Source: a virus
Taxonomy: Duplodnaviria > Caudoviricetes
Virus record (IMG/VR): IMGVR_UViG_3300045747_000167
Span: 2,037 to 66,036 of that record
Strand: one strand, 5' to 3'
DNA length: 64,000 bases
The notes beneath the pieces were generated by a model. The model was given only the letters and a program-made list of their open reading frames with translations, searched no databases and had not been told where the DNA came from. The translations under genes and the position numbers were made by a program. How positions within the stretch are numbered: the stretch's first letter is position 1; each line of letters opens with the position of its first letter. Of this stretch, positions 63,601 through 64,000 are shown in pieces.

Positions 63601-63792
63601 TCAGTGCTGGTCTGCGTCGTCGACCGTCGGCGTGAAGCCGCAGTACGAGCGCATGTCGTCGAGGTCCGACAGGTCGTCGATGACCTCGTTGAAGTCGCCT
63701 CGCGTCTCCTGCATGCCGCGCTGCGTGAGCAGCACTTCGGCAGAGGCGAGGCGCTTGCTGGCTGAGCGCTCGGGGTGCTTGATGGCGTGCAT
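63601..63792 (-). CDS. hypothetical protein
   Basis: GAGG RBS; stop is the first codon of a hairpin element. Confidence 0.55.
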   Translation of the reverse strand: MHAIKHPERSASKRLASAEVLLTQRGMQETRGDFNEVIDDLSDLDDMRSYCGFTPTVDDADQH

Positions 63793-63802
63793 GGCGGGCC
63801 CC

Positions 63803-64000
63803 TCAGCAGATGAGGTCGAGACCGGCCAGGACGTCATCCGCATCGCTGCGGAGCGTGTCGGCGTGGGAGCGCTCACCGAGCATGTCGGCGAGCTGCGCGG
63901 CGTGGCGCAGGCTACGAGCCAGCGCGGTGCGCGATGCGTGCGCCGTCTCCCAGAGCCGGCCGCCCATCGGGCTGATGCCGTGCTGGCCTGCGGGGTGAAC
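63803..64000 (-). CDS. hypothetical protein, 5'-truncated
   Basis: Open frame running off the window end. Confidence 0.45.
   Translation of the reverse strand, partial: VHPAGQHGISPMGGRLWETAHASRTALARSLRHAAQLADMLGERSHADTLRSDADDVLAGLDLIC

Larger units (their letters stand above)
60297..63603 (-). repeat. six dispersed covarying hairpin elements (60297-60350, 60609-60664, 61488-61543, 61836-61887, 62857-62901, 63557-63603)
   Basis: Consensus TGAYCYCAGC-NNN-YY-stem/loop-YY-N'N'N'-AGTG-..GTCA/GATC, each starting at a stop codon. Confidence 0.9.

Noticed and set aside
60297-63603. CRISPR array or classical integron attC array
   Set aside because: Spacers are whole genes, repeats differ in sequence, no cas genes, no RYYYAAC/GTTRRRY boxes, and the integrase is a phage arm-binding type rather than IntI
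1-64000. Prophage boundaries or host chromosome
   Set aside because: No housekeeping genes, and only a single internal att core was seen

Overview
The window is most of the genome of a GC-rich temperate tailed phage, with no recognisable host genes. The P22-like terminase and portal, N4-gp56-type major capsid, DNA-ejection proteins and absence of a tape-measure gene point to a podovirus. 1-40050 (+) is the morphogenesis arm. It runs terL, a GroES homologue, portal, an inserted lysis/accessory block (holins, M15 endolysin, HslV-like Ntn protein, metallophosphoesterase, two SGNH proteins with a shared N-terminal anchor, Rz/Rz1), scaffold, capsid, tail, ejection proteins and a 3102-aa polyvalent protein. 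40019-51756 (-) is the integration/recombination arm: attP resembling the 3' end of tRNA-His, integrase, Xis, a Tad2-like protein, a non-canonical tRNA-like RNA, SSB, YqaJ exonuclease and ERF. 52343-59153 holds the repressor/Cro switch and the helicase/primase replication module. 59051-64000 (-) is an early accessory region. Four observations stand out. (1) The giant protein carries an S-x-K-Q motif at each of five domain boundaries (zincin peptidase | RelA/SpoT synthetase | ParB-like | glycosylase-like | HDxxGH domain | LPD38), suggesting a self-processing injected polyprotein, and it has out-of-frame nested ORFs. (2) A separate alarmone-hydrolase-like HD gene may partner the synthetase domain. 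(3) Six covarying hairpin elements separate the early genes like cassette boundaries. (4) A 14-bp operator-like palindrome recurs at PL, PR, an int promoter and attP. All family assignments come from motif recognition by eye, not database searches.
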